The notes under the pieces: model-generated | What the model was told of the DNA's origin: nothing | The model's input: the letters and a program-made list of their open reading frames with translations, nothing else | Database searches by the model: none | In this document: positions 44,503 to 57,838 of the stretch, piece after piece | Numbering within the stretch: the stretch's first letter is position 1 | How the letters are laid out: each line of letters opens with the position of its first letter | Assembly: GCA_010015585.1 (NCBI GenBank) | Contig: ML975151.1 | Length of the DNA stretch: 64,000 nt | From: Eremomyces bilateralis CBS 781.70 | Lineage: Eukaryota | Direction: 5' to 3' (one strand) | Position numbers and translations under genes: made by a program

Positions 44503-45423
44503 CTTTTCCTCTCCAATTGATAAAATGCCAGGCCTTAAAAGATGCAACTCTATTCAAATCACAGTAGGACCTTCTAATTATCAGCGAATACGTGCCGATA
44601 AGGAGCCATGCGACTAACACAGATTTCGTCTAACATGCATACAGGTACGAATGCTACTGATTGGGTTACGTACGTACCATAATTAGTTATTGATATTCCA
44701 GCGTCAGTTCTTACGACAGAGAAATTTTGGGAAAGGTTCCGCTTGAGTTGGATCAGGCGAGATCGGGACGGATGCGAGCGGAAATGCTCCGCTCGGCAAA
44801 TATTTTCGGCATCCATTCCGCGTCAGGATCGCTCTCGAACAACCTTCAAATGAAGCAAGAGCATCTATTAAGATGAGAGAATGCCCGTACCCATTCAGAA
44901 GAACTACTCGGACATACGAAGCAAGGAAGAAAATAACGACGCCCCCTGATATCCATATGCCCAGCCCGCCCAGTCTGCTCATTAATCTGATCAATTGGGG
45001 TACACCAGTCATATCCTTTCATGGAGTTCTTTTGCCATATTATGACCTTAGGACTCAGTCCAGTCCATCACTATCAATTTTTCCCTACAAAGAAAGAAAG
45101 CAACCGAGGAGAAATTCCTATCCGCCATGGGTGACTGGGCAGTTGGAAGTCAATTGCTACCCCGCAAACCGCATGGATTGGGTTCGATCCACGAGGACAG
45201 GAGGACAAGGGTTGAGCTCTTTCCTGTCCAATTGAAACTGCAAGATGATAGAATGAATGTACGAGAAGCGGTACGAGAAACCTGTACGAGAGCGACGAGC
45301 GGAGTAAATGGTAAGTAGGATGCTGGTATTTATAAGATTGAGTCCCTGGTTGTGTGTATACTGCCCGTTAGGACTCTTTCGCTGCTGTTCAAAAGATATC
45401 AGATATCTCCAGAAACCGTAACC

Positions 45424-46688
45424 ATGTCCACCGTTTCGTTGTCCGAACTGGGACGATATCAGTCCATTCCTGAGACGAAGGTCGACCTACCCTATGCAGA
45501 CCTCATCACACTGGACCTATCAAAGTTTGACCAACCTGGAGGGAAAGAAGCTCTAGCGCAGCAACTCCACCATGCCATCCATACCGTGGGATTCTTCTAC
45601 CTCAAGAATTTCGGACTCAGTGACGAAGAGGTAGAAAGGCAATTTGACCTTGCCATTGACCTCTTCTCCCTTCCTCTGGACGAGAAGCTAAAGTACCCGA
45701 TCACGAACGAGTTGAAGGGTGGGCCGTTGGGATATAAGCCCCGAGGCGTGAGGAAAGGCGCGCATGGATTGATGGACAACAGCGAGATCTATGACGATCC
45801 GAAATATATCGACTTCTTCGAGCCGCGAGGGCGACCCGAGCCGTTTCAGCAAGCGAAGGTCGACACGGAGAAGTTCTGCAGACATATCCATGAACACATG
45901 CTCAAGCGGCTGCTGATCCTCGTCGCCATCATCATGGAGCTGGAGGATGAGGAGGCGTTATGGAAGATCCACGATTACTCCAAGGTTTCGAACTGCCACA
46001 TGAGGTACATGGTGCAGCATCCTCGGACGCCGGAGGAAATCGAGATCATGAGGGCGAAGGGGGGGGAAGAGGTGATATATGGACACACGGACTTTGGCAC
46101 GTTCACGTTTCTGTTTCGGCAGCCGATCGCTGGGTTGCAGGTTCGTTTGGAAGAGGAGAAAGAGTGGCGATGGGTGAAGCCGGTGGATGGTGCGTGCGTC
46201 GTCAATGTTGCGGTAAGTGTCAACTCGTCAGCCAATGCAAGGATCGAAGTAAATGCTAACTGCATTGGATTGGTTGTCTGCAGGATACATTGAGTTTCCT
46301 GACAGGGGGGTATCTGAAGAGCTCTATTCACCGGGTGGTACTGCCTCAGGAAGACCAACGGCACCTTCCACGCGTCGGCGTGATATACTTTTCGAGGCCA
46401 GGTATGACAGAATGCCCCTGAGCAATTCTGAGTTCTTGAGCTCACTCTGCACCTTCTAATGCATAACTGACAAGTGCTGCAGAGGAAGAGACGCTGTTAA
46501 AGCCTGTGGATTCGCCTGTCATCCGTCGCGTAGGCAACAAGTCCGTATTGCCACCGAATAACGCTCTCACATCAGCGGAATGGGTTCAGGCGCGGTATGC
46601 CAATATCCCTGCAAACTATGCACGAGGTCTCAGCGGCAGTGACAAGACGCGTCTGGTGAAGAACGTCGAAGTCAGGACTTATGCGTAA
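45424..46688 (+). CDS. 2-oxoglutarate/Fe(II) dioxygenase (IPNS/DIOX-like), 3 exons
   Basis: LITLDLSKF...LA.QLHHAIHTVGFFYLKNFG...GHTDFGTFTFLFRQPIAGLQV...WRWVKP....VVNVA|DTLSFLTGGYLKSSIHRVV; HxD..H triad. Confidence 0.9.
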
Positions 46689-46906
46689 CTTAGTCAGACC
46701 ATCAAAAGTAGCCATTACCTGATGATAGCAATGACTACTCATAGTTGCTTTGGCTTGCTCCAGATACAAGCACAGTGGTCTTGGGTTGGCTTTGGCTGCC
46801 GGAGTAGTTCCACACAGAGCAGTGTGCTATGGGAATAGCGCAACTAGGCGGGTGTTGGTGGTTCCCAGGACCACAACAACATAGACGCCATGTGTCCCGT
46901 AGTCGC

Positions 46907-47847
46907 TCATAGATAGTCCTTCTTGCGGCTCGTCCGGGTGAACTGGTTCAAATGCCATTCGACGTCGCCATCCTTGTTCTCCAGCGTGCCTCCTCGGATC
47001 TCGAACAGTCGCATGGTCATCCGTGGTCCAACTTCCGCCAGTTCGACATTCATGTAGCCGGTTTTGACGAAGACATGATGCCGCACCTCAACGCTGTCTT
47101 CAACATTCTTGAACGTCACGACTCGGTTGCCGACTTTGCTAGCGCCCTCCCGTGGAGGAAAGAGGTGCTTCAAAATTTGAACAATGCGCTGGCCAAGCCT
47201 TGTAGTGAACCCTTCGAAGATCAGGTGCGGATAGCTTTCGCTGACCGTCCCGGCCGCGCTGTTTGGAATATCTGCTCGGAGAACCACATTGTGCAAACTG
47301 AAGCTCGCTGTCGGACCATGGGGGAAGTGGCTGATCGTGAGTGCCGTTGGCGTGCCTCGATGTTCGTGGAGAAGGATTACGTCGCTCAAGCCAGCGGCGT
47401 TGGCGCTGCTCACAAGGTTTGGCAACACCAGGTTACCTCGATTGAGTCGGATGGATGTCGGTAGTAAAAGTCGAACCTCTTTCGCAAACGTGCTAAGCCG
47501 GCTGCTTGGATCTCGACTGGTTGTAACCAAGACGCGTGGGTCAACTATGCCACTCAGTTGGGCATACTCGTCATCCAAGGCGAGCTCATCGTCGGCAGTG
47601 CGCTCCGCTCTCGTCTCATCGTATGCATAATCGGCGCGTAGAGTCTTGTCGTTCAGTATCGTCTGATCGAGGGGTTTCCCAGATGCTATGGAAGCCTTAA
47701 GTTTCGACCGTTTGTCTGCTACCTCGGCGTCGCGCAGAACGAGGGCCCGTCGATAGAGGTAATCCCGCCGTTCTCGAGCTTGTCTGCGCTATAGGTCTAA
47801 TTAGAACGAACTGGAACCCAAGGATATGGTAATAGACTTACAATCAT
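46907..47847 (-). CDS. IMP4: U3 snoRNP protein Imp4 (Brix domain), 2 exons
   Basis: MI|RRQARERRDYLYRR...DPRVLVTTSRDPSSRL...LLHEHRGTP...HFPHGPTA.FSL.NVVLR.DI...ELAEVGPRMTM. Confidence 0.96.
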
Positions 47848-47928
47848 GTTTCCTGTATTATGCGATAGAATCTCTGGGCACTATCGTGTTATAACGGCTT
47901 TGACCCTCCGCATTTATATCAAGCAGTT

Positions 47929-48019
47929 CTAAAATTTCCGCAAACTTTCTTCAAGGTGGATCATCTTCACGTGAGCACAGTTCTTCTCCTGTGGCGCTAT
48001 TGTGGCGCTCCTGTGGCGC
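47929..48019. promoter_or_regulatory. Motifs in the bidirectional IMP4/UPF1 promoter
   Basis: RRPE-like AAAATTTCCGC near 47931-47941, palindrome TCACGTGA 47967-47974, TGTGGCGC x3 at 47990/48001/48012. Confidence 0.4.
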
Positions 48020-48406
48020 ATGTAAATGTTGACAAGGATTTCCCGCAGTGAAACTGCTCAGTTAAATGATGAATGCGACATCTTCTCTTCTTTTTGCCCT
48101 TCTGTCCTGTCTTGATAATTGCAATTTCGGTCTCCACGATTGATTTGCAGTTTAACACCAGACGCAAGGCGGCTTATGTGCCCTGATTTGTTTCTATATC
48201 CACCCCTCATCACAGTAGAACAGATCCCTGCAGTGCCTCTGTCGCCGCTCTGAGTAATCTTCAACCGCAATCCTGTAAGGTACCTGAGCCTCACGCACTA
48301 CTCATCAACCGCAGAGGCGGTGCTGGAATTCCCTCGATGATCCTTTGAGCCGTTTGTTTCCCCACTCAAGCCCAGAATCTCCAGGCTTCGACTCAAATCT
48401 TCAGCC

Positions 48407-51400
48407 ATGGAGAGCGCTTTCAAACATATGGGCAACCACCTGGTCTCCGACTCGGCCGACACGATCAATGCTGGCGAAGACGAGAGCCTTTTTGATGGAA
48501 ATCTGGGGCGTGCTCCCCTAGGAACCGGTCCCCGCCGCCGAAACCATGGCGATGACGATGACGAGACCGAGGTGTTTGACGACGAGGACCTCGAAAGCAT
48601 GGCAAGCATGACGGTGGATGAAGCGAATGGCAAGAAGGCTATGAAAGCGGAAGAAGAGGTTGAGTCGCCTCCGCATGCCTGCGCGTAAGTTGGAGTATGG
48701 TGAACACGCGGAATTCCGAGTGGCTGACTGTGTCCCACTAGGTATTGCGGCATCCATAACCCAAGCTGTGTCGTGAAATGCCTTACTTGCGGAAAGTGGT
48801 TTTGCAGTGCTCGCGGCAACACGTCGTCCTCACACATTGTGAATCATCTAGTCCGAGCGCGTCACAAGGAAGTCCAACTCCATCCGAACCACACTTCTCT
48901 TGGTGACACCATTCTCGAATGCTACAACTGTGGAACGAAGAACGTCTTTCTCCTCGGGTTTATTCCTGCAAAGTCTGATACCGTCGTGGTCCTCCTCTGC
49001 CGCCAGCCATGTGCGTCCGCTCACTCGGCCAAGGATATGAACTGGGACATTGCACGATGGCAGCCACTCATCGAAGACCGGTCGTTCCTGGAATGGCTAC
49101 TTCCCCTGCCATCCGATCAAGAACAGCTACGAGCGCGCCACCTGAGCCCGCAAATGTATGTGAAGCTGGAGGAGCTATGGAAGGACAACGCGAATGCCAC
49201 GATAAAGGATCTTGAGAAGGGTGCCATGGTCGACGATGAACCCGCGCCGGTCCTCCTTCGATACGACGATGCCTATCAATACCAAAACGTGTTTGGACCT
49301 TTGGTCAAGATTGAAGCGGACTATGACAGGAAACTAAAGGAGGCTCAGTCTCAGGATAACTTGATCGTCCGCTGGGATTACGGTCTCAACAACAAGCACT
49401 TGGCTAGCTTTGTCCTCCCCAAGCTCGAACTTGGCGACGTTAAGTTGGCTGTCGGTGATGAAATGCGATTGCGTTATACTGGCGAACTTCGACCTCACTG
49501 GGAAGGTGTGGGATATGTCATCAAGATTCCGAACAACCAGTCCGACGAGGTCACTATCGAACTGCGAGCTAAAGGCGATCATAAGTCGGTTCCCACAGAG
49601 TGTACGCACAACTTCACTGCGGATTATGTATGGAAGGCGACTTCATTCGATCGCATGCAACACGCCATGAAGACATTCGCGGTGGACGAGATGAGTGTTT
49701 CAGGCTACATTTTCCATCGTCTGCTTGGCCACGAAGTTGCAGCCGCACCTATGAAAACCCAGCTGCCCCGGAAATTCAGCGTTCCAGGCCTCCCCGAGCT
49801 GAATGGAAGTCAGATCAATGCGGTAAAAAGCGTGCTTCAGAAGCCGTTGAGCTTGATTCAGGGGCCGCCGGGTACGGGCAAGACTGTCACGTCAGCAACC
49901 GTTATCTACCACCTGGCCAAGATGACGTCCGGACAGGTTCTCGTTTGCGCGCCGTCCAACGTCGCCGTGGATCAGCTTTGCGAGCGCATCCACATCACCG
50001 GACTGAAAGTTGTTCGGGTTACTGCGAAATCGAGAGAAGACGTCGAATCCTCTGTTGGCTTCCTCTCGCTCCACGAACAAGTGCGAATGAACGATACGAA
50101 CGTCGAACTCAATAAGCTCAATCAATTGAAGAACGAGTTGGGCGAGCTGTCAAGCCAAGACGAAAAGAAATTCAAGCAGCTCACTCGCGCTGCGGAGCGA
50201 GAAATCTTGAACAGTGCCGATGTCATCTGCTGCACTTGTGTTGGTGCTGGAGATCCTCGACTCGCGAAGTTTAAGTTCCGAACCGTGCTCATCGACGAGT
50301 CGACCCAAGCCGCTGAGCCTGAGTGCATGATTCCTCTTGTCTTAGGATGCAAGCAGGTGGTCCTTGTTGGAGATCACCAGCAGTTGGGCCCTGTCATCAT
50401 GAACAAGAAAGCTGCCAAAGCCGGCCTCAACCAATCTTTGTTTGAGCGTCTTGTCATTCTCGGATGCGCCCCGATTCGCCTCCAGGTCCAGTACCGTATG
50501 CATCCGTGTCTGTCGGAGTTCCCTTCCAACATGTTTTACGAGGGTTCTCTGCAGAATGGTGTGACAATGCAGCAGCGACTTCGACGTGATGTCGATTTCC
50601 CCTGGCCCGTTGCCGATGCGCCGATGATGTTCTGGTCCAACCTTGGGAATGAGGAGATCTCAGCATCAGGTACCTCGTACTTGAATCGTACTGAAGCGTC
50701 GAATGTCGAAAAGATCATTACCCGCTTCTTCAAGGCTGGTGTCCAGCCGGCCGACATTGGTGTCATCACTCCATACGAAGGACAGCGCAGCTACATCGTC
50801 AGCTCGATGCAGGCGAATGGCACGTTCAAGAAGGAGAACTACAAAGAAGTTGAAGTTGCATCCGTCGACGCTTTCCAGGGTCGTGAGAAAGACTTTGTTG
50901 TTTTGTCTTGCGTCCGCTCCAACGACCACCAAGGCATTGGATTTTTGTCGGATCCCCGCCGTCTGAATGTCGCCCTCACCCGAGCGAAATATGGCCTGGT
51001 GATCCTTGGTAACCCCAAGGTGTTGTCGAAGCATCCTCTGTGGCATTTCCTCCTGCTTCACTTCAAAGAGCGCAACTGTCTCGTGGAAGGGCCTCTGTCC
51101 AACCTTCAGATCTCTCTTCTTCAATTCAGTCGCCCGAAGCAGACCTACCGTGGCCCACAACGCTATCAAATGGCATACCAGAACGCCGCCTCTCACTTCG
51201 CCGGCCGTGGACACGCTCCTGCTCAAAACGGTAAACCCGCCCGCGAATACGATGCAGCGAGCAGCATTGTCGGCTACATCCCCGATGATGTCTCGTCCGT
51301 CCACTCATCTGCACTGGGCGGTGTTGGTATCGGCAATCACAACGCCAACTTCCCACCCATGTTCCAGAACTTCACAGAGTCCTGGCCTACACTCCCCGCC

Positions 51401-51733
51401 ACGGCCCGCGGTGTCCCTGGGAAGAAGGTCAATGGTCCCATTGCTCCAGGCAGCATCGCAGGCGACAGCGTTGCCGCTAGCGAGCTTACGGATGTGACAA
51501 CAAGTATGCTGGACGGAAAGCAGGGCGGCGTGTCGCTCACCGGGTTGAGTCTCCATGACTCCGGAAAGACACAGTCGCTTAGCCAGAGCGATCGTCTGAA
51601 GCGTTACGTTGAGGCGAGCGCTCGTCCTGACGGGGGGCGTGGCCTGGGTCGTGGGTTGCCGAATGACGAAGACGAGATTCGGAGCCTCAGTAGCGCCTTT
51701 GCGTCCCAAATCGGTGTCAACTCATATGATTGA
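48407..51733 (+). CDS. UPF1: Nonsense-mediated decay RNA helicase Upf1/Nam7, 2 exons
   Basis: [25 protein letters not shown]...[14 protein letters not shown] (CH domain); [54 protein letters not shown]. Confidence 0.98.
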
Positions 51734-52347
51734 TTGACCTTCGTGGATCATGGGAACAACTTGATTTGTGAGGGATATTCGAGAGCACGCCTCTTCAATG
51801 ACTCAATTCGTCCGGCATGGACCACGAGCCCGTCATTGATGCGATGGTTCCTTGCCAACGACGCTTCGAGTCGCAGCGAGATGTCTCGCCATCGATAAGA
51901 CGCGGGCACTTCGGTCGACGGGGGCGAATGCCATATGGTTGGCTCTCAGAAGAGTCACTCGTGCTGGGCCTTTGCGAAACGCCTAAGCTCGGAGTAGGAT
52001 CGAGAGAGATGGGATTTACGGAGCGCCGGGAGATGTGTGGACTAACAGTACGCCGTCAGGAAAGAAAATACGCCTCCACCAACCTCCTCATTCGTGGACG
52101 CACGGAACTATCAAGCCCTCGGCTTCATCGACGGCGTCCACAATGCTTCGTGACATGGGAATGCAGGCACGGCCACCAACAATCAAGATGTCTAACTAGA
52201 ATGTTTTTTCTCTTTCATTCAGTCTAAGTCTGTACCTATCAGAATCGACAGTCGCTACCTCACGCCTTTCTCTTTGTGTTCACTTTGTCTGGAAATCCAC
52301 TGAAACTCGCGTGATATAATTTCGTGCTCCTAGGACTACTACCTAAG

Positions 52348-53006
52348 TCACATTTCCATCCTCAAGAAATTCGCGCACGCATGCGCTTTGTTCGTCGAAT
52401 CGGAAATGACAATGCTCCGGTTACCGACGAACGCAAAGTCTCCGATCGTCGACGAAGTGTAGAAGTCGGAGAACCTATTGCCGTTAGTCTGCCGCGGACC
52501 CATCTATCTAAAAGGCGCTTGACTCACGATTTCGTGCCCGTTCCGGTAGACGTCACCCTCAATGTCCCATATTTCCCACTGAGATCCCCAACCCGGCACG
52601 TCGCCGGGTCATCAGTCTCGCAAACGGGGTCCGCGCCTCGGACATATGGATCGAACACGCCACCAAGGGCATCGCAGCTTGCGCCGACCTTCACCGAGCT
52701 TGTCGCGATATAGTACGCTGACGACAGTAAGCCACACTGCTCATGACACAGTTTCGGGGACGGTGACTTACATAGCGCACCCACGTTTGTCGGCGCCTTG
52801 GTCAGTTTCAGGCTATAAGACAACCCATTCCCAGCGGGGCCGGCAACAATGTCGATGGACCCGGTTACCGTATCGCTCGACAGGCTACCATGGTACATGA
52901 TGTTATCCGCGTTCGTTGTCGTTTTGGCATTTCCCAGCGCGCCGGTCGGTCCGCCATGGCCGAGCACCACGCCCGCAAGGGCAGAGAAGAGGATCGCGCT
53001 GCGCAT
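52348..53006 (-). CDS. Secreted SOD5-like (Cu-only SOD fold) protein lacking copper-ligand histidines, 3 exons
   Basis: Signal peptide; GPTGALGNA...GNGLSY...|YYIA...C.ALGGVFDPY.RG..P.C...P.TC.VGDLSGKYG...|F.D.YTS...AFVGNRSIVIS...ACANF. Confidence 0.85.
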
Positions 53007-53704
53007 CTTGGCGAAGATCTCGCGTATCGGGCTGATGTTTCGAGTTAGGTGGGGCTCGGACGATCGGGTTTGTCGATCAGGAACGTGGCGCGAGCCGGAT
53101 TTATATAGGCCAAGGCGGACGGACACATGTCAAGCAATGCACCCTAGAGCTTGATTTAGATTTCGGCGGTTAGAGTGGAAGGCGGGCGAGGCGTTTCTTC
53201 TGCATTGCAAGTCGTGAGGCCCTTGCCGCTGCGATCCGATTGATTCGTCGCATCGTGAGGATAATTAAAAGATGATAATATATGTGTCGACTACTTGGGG
53301 TCCCCCTCAATGCCTCGTTTCAGTGCGATCAGTTGTTGGTCATGGGGCGGGTGGGCAATATATATTGCGAAGTAGCGCCTGGTTCCCGCGAACCAGCCAT
53401 GGGGATAGCAATCTGGGTATATTATTCTAACTCCCGAGAACACTTGTATGTAGGACGTCGGGTCCGGATACATTTAGTGTGGGCAAATCGGAGCAGGTCT
53501 AGACCAGTTTAAGCAGCATTTTAGTTTGGAATGCGCTATTTCGAGGCGGTATCCTTATCGCCAAATCGTCTGCAATGTCTTCATCTCTTTCGCACTCCAA
53601 CATTATTTGGATGCATCCGAGGCATGTTTAGGCCGATTGGATGATTGACTGAGAAGTTGCCATACAGATCGGTCTATCATTAGGTATCTTCTAAACTTCT
53701 AGGT

Positions 53705-54810
53705 TTAATGTGATAAGTAGAGAGACACTGGCCAGGCGAAGGGTTGCCCACGCTCTTGCTTTGGTTTGTTCTGATCTACGAGTAACTCCACCAGAGCCAT
53801 GAACGAGTACGCGCCCATAGCTGTCAATAGATGCCACCATCCATGGAACTCCAGGAGAAAACTCCACGGCATGCCCCATTGTCGCTTCAAGGACGTCAAC
53901 TGAGAGCAGAATAACCAATCCAGATTCCAGATCGCGTATCCAACCCCGAAGTAGACTGTAAATACCAGATAAGCATCCTGAAGAAAAAGCGATTGGTCTC
54001 AAAAATTGACTTACCTCCACCGAGACGAGCGACTTTCGTGGCCCGCCGCTTCGCTGGATCTCCTTTCTTGAAATTCTTCTGGACCACATTCCTCGTCTTC
54101 CATCCGATGGCTGCGAGCATGCTAGCCCAGAGGAGAGCGTGCCAGAGGAAGTCTTGCTTGATGCTTTGGGTTCCAACGAATCCGATCAAGATCGAGAGGA
54201 GCACTATGCCATTCCGCAAGGCGATGCGGGGCGGCTGGTCGAAGCTAAAGATGCGGTGCAGTACGCACGCAGTCGCAAAGTGCATCGAAAGCTCATCCGC
54301 TACGAAATCATGTTAGGGGTGGTAACCTTAACTGCAATGGTGAGATCCCACCTAGTTCAGCGGGTGCTTTCAGGAGAGTATGATAGGCCGCGCTGCAGAT
54401 ACCGACGTAGGCAAGCCCTACATAGGGCAAGGCGGTCGTGAATGCCTCCGCATAGGTAGAGACGCTGTGAAGCCTGTGGAAGGCATATCCAACTGCAACC
54501 TCGTTAGCTTAATGTAACATATCTGAGGATCGGGATTGTTCACGGTATATTAAGCTTGTCAAGGCATTGATGAATTCGGCGATGTAGACAGTGACGACAT
54601 AATCCTAACAGACTGTTGGTTACTCTTCCTGGTCAATTATCAAATCCGCATGATATACCTCTTCACAGAAGCTATTGTTGGCACATTAGCATAGTAGGCA
54701 GCAGCACTTTGCTGTTAGACTGGAACTACATACTTCAAGGGTGACGTGATGGGCCCCCATACCGGGGCTTCCGATGAGTTGGAGTTGGAATATGGGATCG
54801 AGAACCGCAT
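53705..54810 (-). CDS. Alkaline ceramidase (CREST family), multi-exon
   Basis: WGPITSPLN|FCEE|DYVVTVYIAEFINALT...DELSMHFAT...LLEFHGWWHLLTAMGAY. Confidence 0.88.
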
Positions 54811-55382
54811 TTTGGCGTAAGATTCAACCTAGCAATGAGCGAAAAACGGCGGTAGATATATTCAACGTCATGCATCTAAGACAAACGTATGCGATGAACT
54901 GGGTATTGGTCATGTTTAACTCAAGTCCGCGTGTAGAAGGTGACGAATGACTAGTATGGTATGGATACCACAGTACGGTGCAACAGGTACAGAAACCACG
55001 AAGGACGCGCAATAGAATTATAAAGAGATGTACCGTAATTCCCTCTCAACCCATTCAATGAAGAACCATAGAGATTGAGAAGGGCGTCAGTTTTCCATCA
55101 CGTTCCAACTGCATGTGCCGTTGTCCGGGATGTTAGTGAATTCTGTATGCTTATTGATCAACTGGAGCCTAATTAGAGATACCATATGGATGCACGAGCA
55201 GGCGAAGGAATGGCGTGCGTCATCAGCTGCCGTCGTCTGCCGGACCTCACCTCATCTATCACTTCTGCCCCGTGCAAATAAGATTCTTGAGCCCATGCGT
55301 TTACGAATTTGACCACCGGTAATCAAAGTGAAATAGTTATATAATTAGGTGATCTATCACGATATATCTACATATCCTGCCA

Positions 55383-56976
55383 TCACGTCCCGGGCTGAAT
55401 ATATATCTCGTTCATAAAGTACTCTCGCTCCCATCCCCTATCGTCGCTCACGACTTCAACCGGAACATCAAACAGCATACTGCGTCTCTCCGACACCTCA
55501 TATCGTGGCCAATAATCCCGTTTCCTTCCACCATCTCTGGGATCCTTCCCCCCACGAAACCCATTCGGATCCCCTGTTGTCGCAAAGTTGGCGAGGAACA
55601 AGCTCGCGTCGTCCGCCAGCTGACCCACGCCTGGAGCCCCCGCGGTTTGCTTCATCGCGGAGGGATTGTTGAAAACAAGCGGGATATCGAATGCGTGAGC
55701 AGCACCCTCCTTTGTGGGCGTCCGCCAGCGCAGATAGTACACCCACGTCGGGCTATGGGGTGGCGCGACGCGGATGTTCAGCTGCACCTGCATGCTCTTC
55801 CATGAGCGCGCCGCCGTGGTAGCAGCAAAGAAGACATCCGACGGGCTAAGCTCTGGGTAATGGGTGCGGTAGTCGGACGCGATCTGACTGCCCGTCATGT
55901 TTCCGATATACTGGCGAACATTTCGCTCGATCGCCTCAGGGAGCGTCTCCCAGGTGAGGTTGAATAAGGTCTCGTTGGAGCCGCCGATCAGATTGCGGGT
56001 CTCGTCGTACGTGTTGCCCATGACCATCGGGATATCTCTCGACTGCTCGTTCGCGGTGGGGAAGAATGGATCGCGAGGCAGCGTCAAACCCTCGACAACC
56101 GGCGCATAATTGTTTCCTGCTGGCGACAGCACCACGCGTAATTCCTCCATCGACATATTCAACAGCGCCGACAGTCGCGTCGTGTTGTCCGCGCCCGATA
56201 CTTTGGCCAGCACGGTTTGCGTCGTCTCTTTGGCGTGTTCCAGAGTCCGTCCAGTGATCTGGGCTCCGCTCATCGTCCAAACTCTGTGGAAGAGGCCTTT
56301 CGCAGCTGGTTGCGCCATCAATGTCGCACATTTGGCTCCTCCGCCGCTTTGTCCGAAGATCGTGATGCGGTTTTTGTCGCCGCCGAATCGCTCGATGTTG
56401 TCTCGGACCCATTCAAGCGCGAGGATCAAATCGGCCTGCCCTGGGTTTGCGTTCTGGTAGTCAGAAGACACGCCTCCGAGATATAGGTAACCGAACCCGT
56501 TCACGCGATGGTTCACCGTCACAACCACGACATTTCGAGTCTTCGCCAGCCGAACCCCATCGTACAGCGCATCGTTCACCGTGCCGGTACCCTCCATGAA
56601 AATAGACGAGGACCGGGAGTTCCTGTTCGCGTGGTGAAGGATTGACCGTCGGTGTCCAGATGTTCAGGTTCAGGCAATCTTCGGACTGTACGGTGCCGTT
56701 GATGTCGTTCCCTGTTGGCTGGGGTGCGATGAAACCATACTCAGTGCAGACTTTCGGTTCGGTCCATGGAGCTGGTCGCCGGGGCGCTTGGAATCGAGTG
56801 TTAGCTGTGTCGGCACCATAAGGGATATTCTTGAACGTGTGGATGCCATGGTCTCTGAAGCCAAGGACAGGTCCATTTGTCGTGCTAACGAGTCCTCGCC
56901 CTGTCAAGCCCTCCTCCGCCACTTGACCTAGGACACAACTGAAGAGGAGCTGTACGCTGAGTATTAGCTTCATCAT
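55383..56976 (-). pseudogene. Type-B carboxylesterase, intronless, with frameshift at ~56585-56592 (pseudogene or sequence error)
   Basis: Frame 1: signal peptide, FKNIPYG..RFQAP...SEDCLNLNIWTP...VLVYFHGG; frame 2: GTVNDALYDG...VTVNHRVNGFGYL...FGGDKNRITIFGQSGG...TYDE...AAHAFD; no room for an intron at the switch. Confidence 0.8.
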
Positions 56977-57838
56977 CCTGTTAACGGGTCCCAGAGTGTT
57001 TCCTACCTTGCGGGCTATTCGTACATATATGATGGCTTCGGTTAGCAGTCAAACTCCAAATTACTGGTAGATATGATGGGTGGAAATTCTTCCGATAGTA
57101 TACAGGGATCAAGCTCCTGGGATGAGAGATCATCATTTAGCAATACCTCGGGCTTGACTTCAAGACGTTCCTCCGTCCGCGATTCTCGCCTGAATACGCC
57201 CCGCAGACAAGAATCTCAGGTGCTGACAAGAACGAGTAAGTGTCAGGTTCCAACGAATCAGTGGGGGAGGGAGAATATGTCGATCGATACCAAGCGAACC
57301 GGTCGTTAAACCGGAAATCCCCCGATTTTAGATGGTGGATATGATGTCTCGTATAGGAATTTGTACTTGAAGATCTCTCTTTAGGTTTGGCAAAGGCGTT
57401 CCCGCTATTTGGTTTAGGCGGAAGTTGACGAGCGTGGCGGACTTGAGTTTATGAGGATTGAGGGGTCAATTATCCCTTTTTTCCGGACCCCTTCTGTCAA
57501 TTGTAGAGTATCGCAAGGAATCGTATCAAAAGTGCCAAATACTCGGTCCAGGACAGGGATACACTGGACAACACAAGCATACCTCAATCGCGGCTTCAAT
57601 ACTTCCACTCTATATCCGTGCATAAAGATCTTGCCTTTGACTGAAATCCGCTTGGGGTGGGTGGTAGATATATACGCCAGGTGGCTGGGGAACAAGCCCT
57701 CTCCGAATGCCCAGCTCCAGGTATGATCAAGAAAAGGAAGCCCCACAACCGCATAGGCACATACATATCAACTCCAAACGACCAGACGCTTCGATAGAAA
57801 AATTCCAATAAACCGCACCCTAGCCACGAAGCTGACCA

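Noticed and set aside
48773..51733. Antisense and alternate-frame ORFs over UPF1 (similarly over the amidase, TF, IMP4 and SDR, e.g. 63583-63954)
   Set aside because: Shadow ORFs caused by GC-rich codon usage of the real gene
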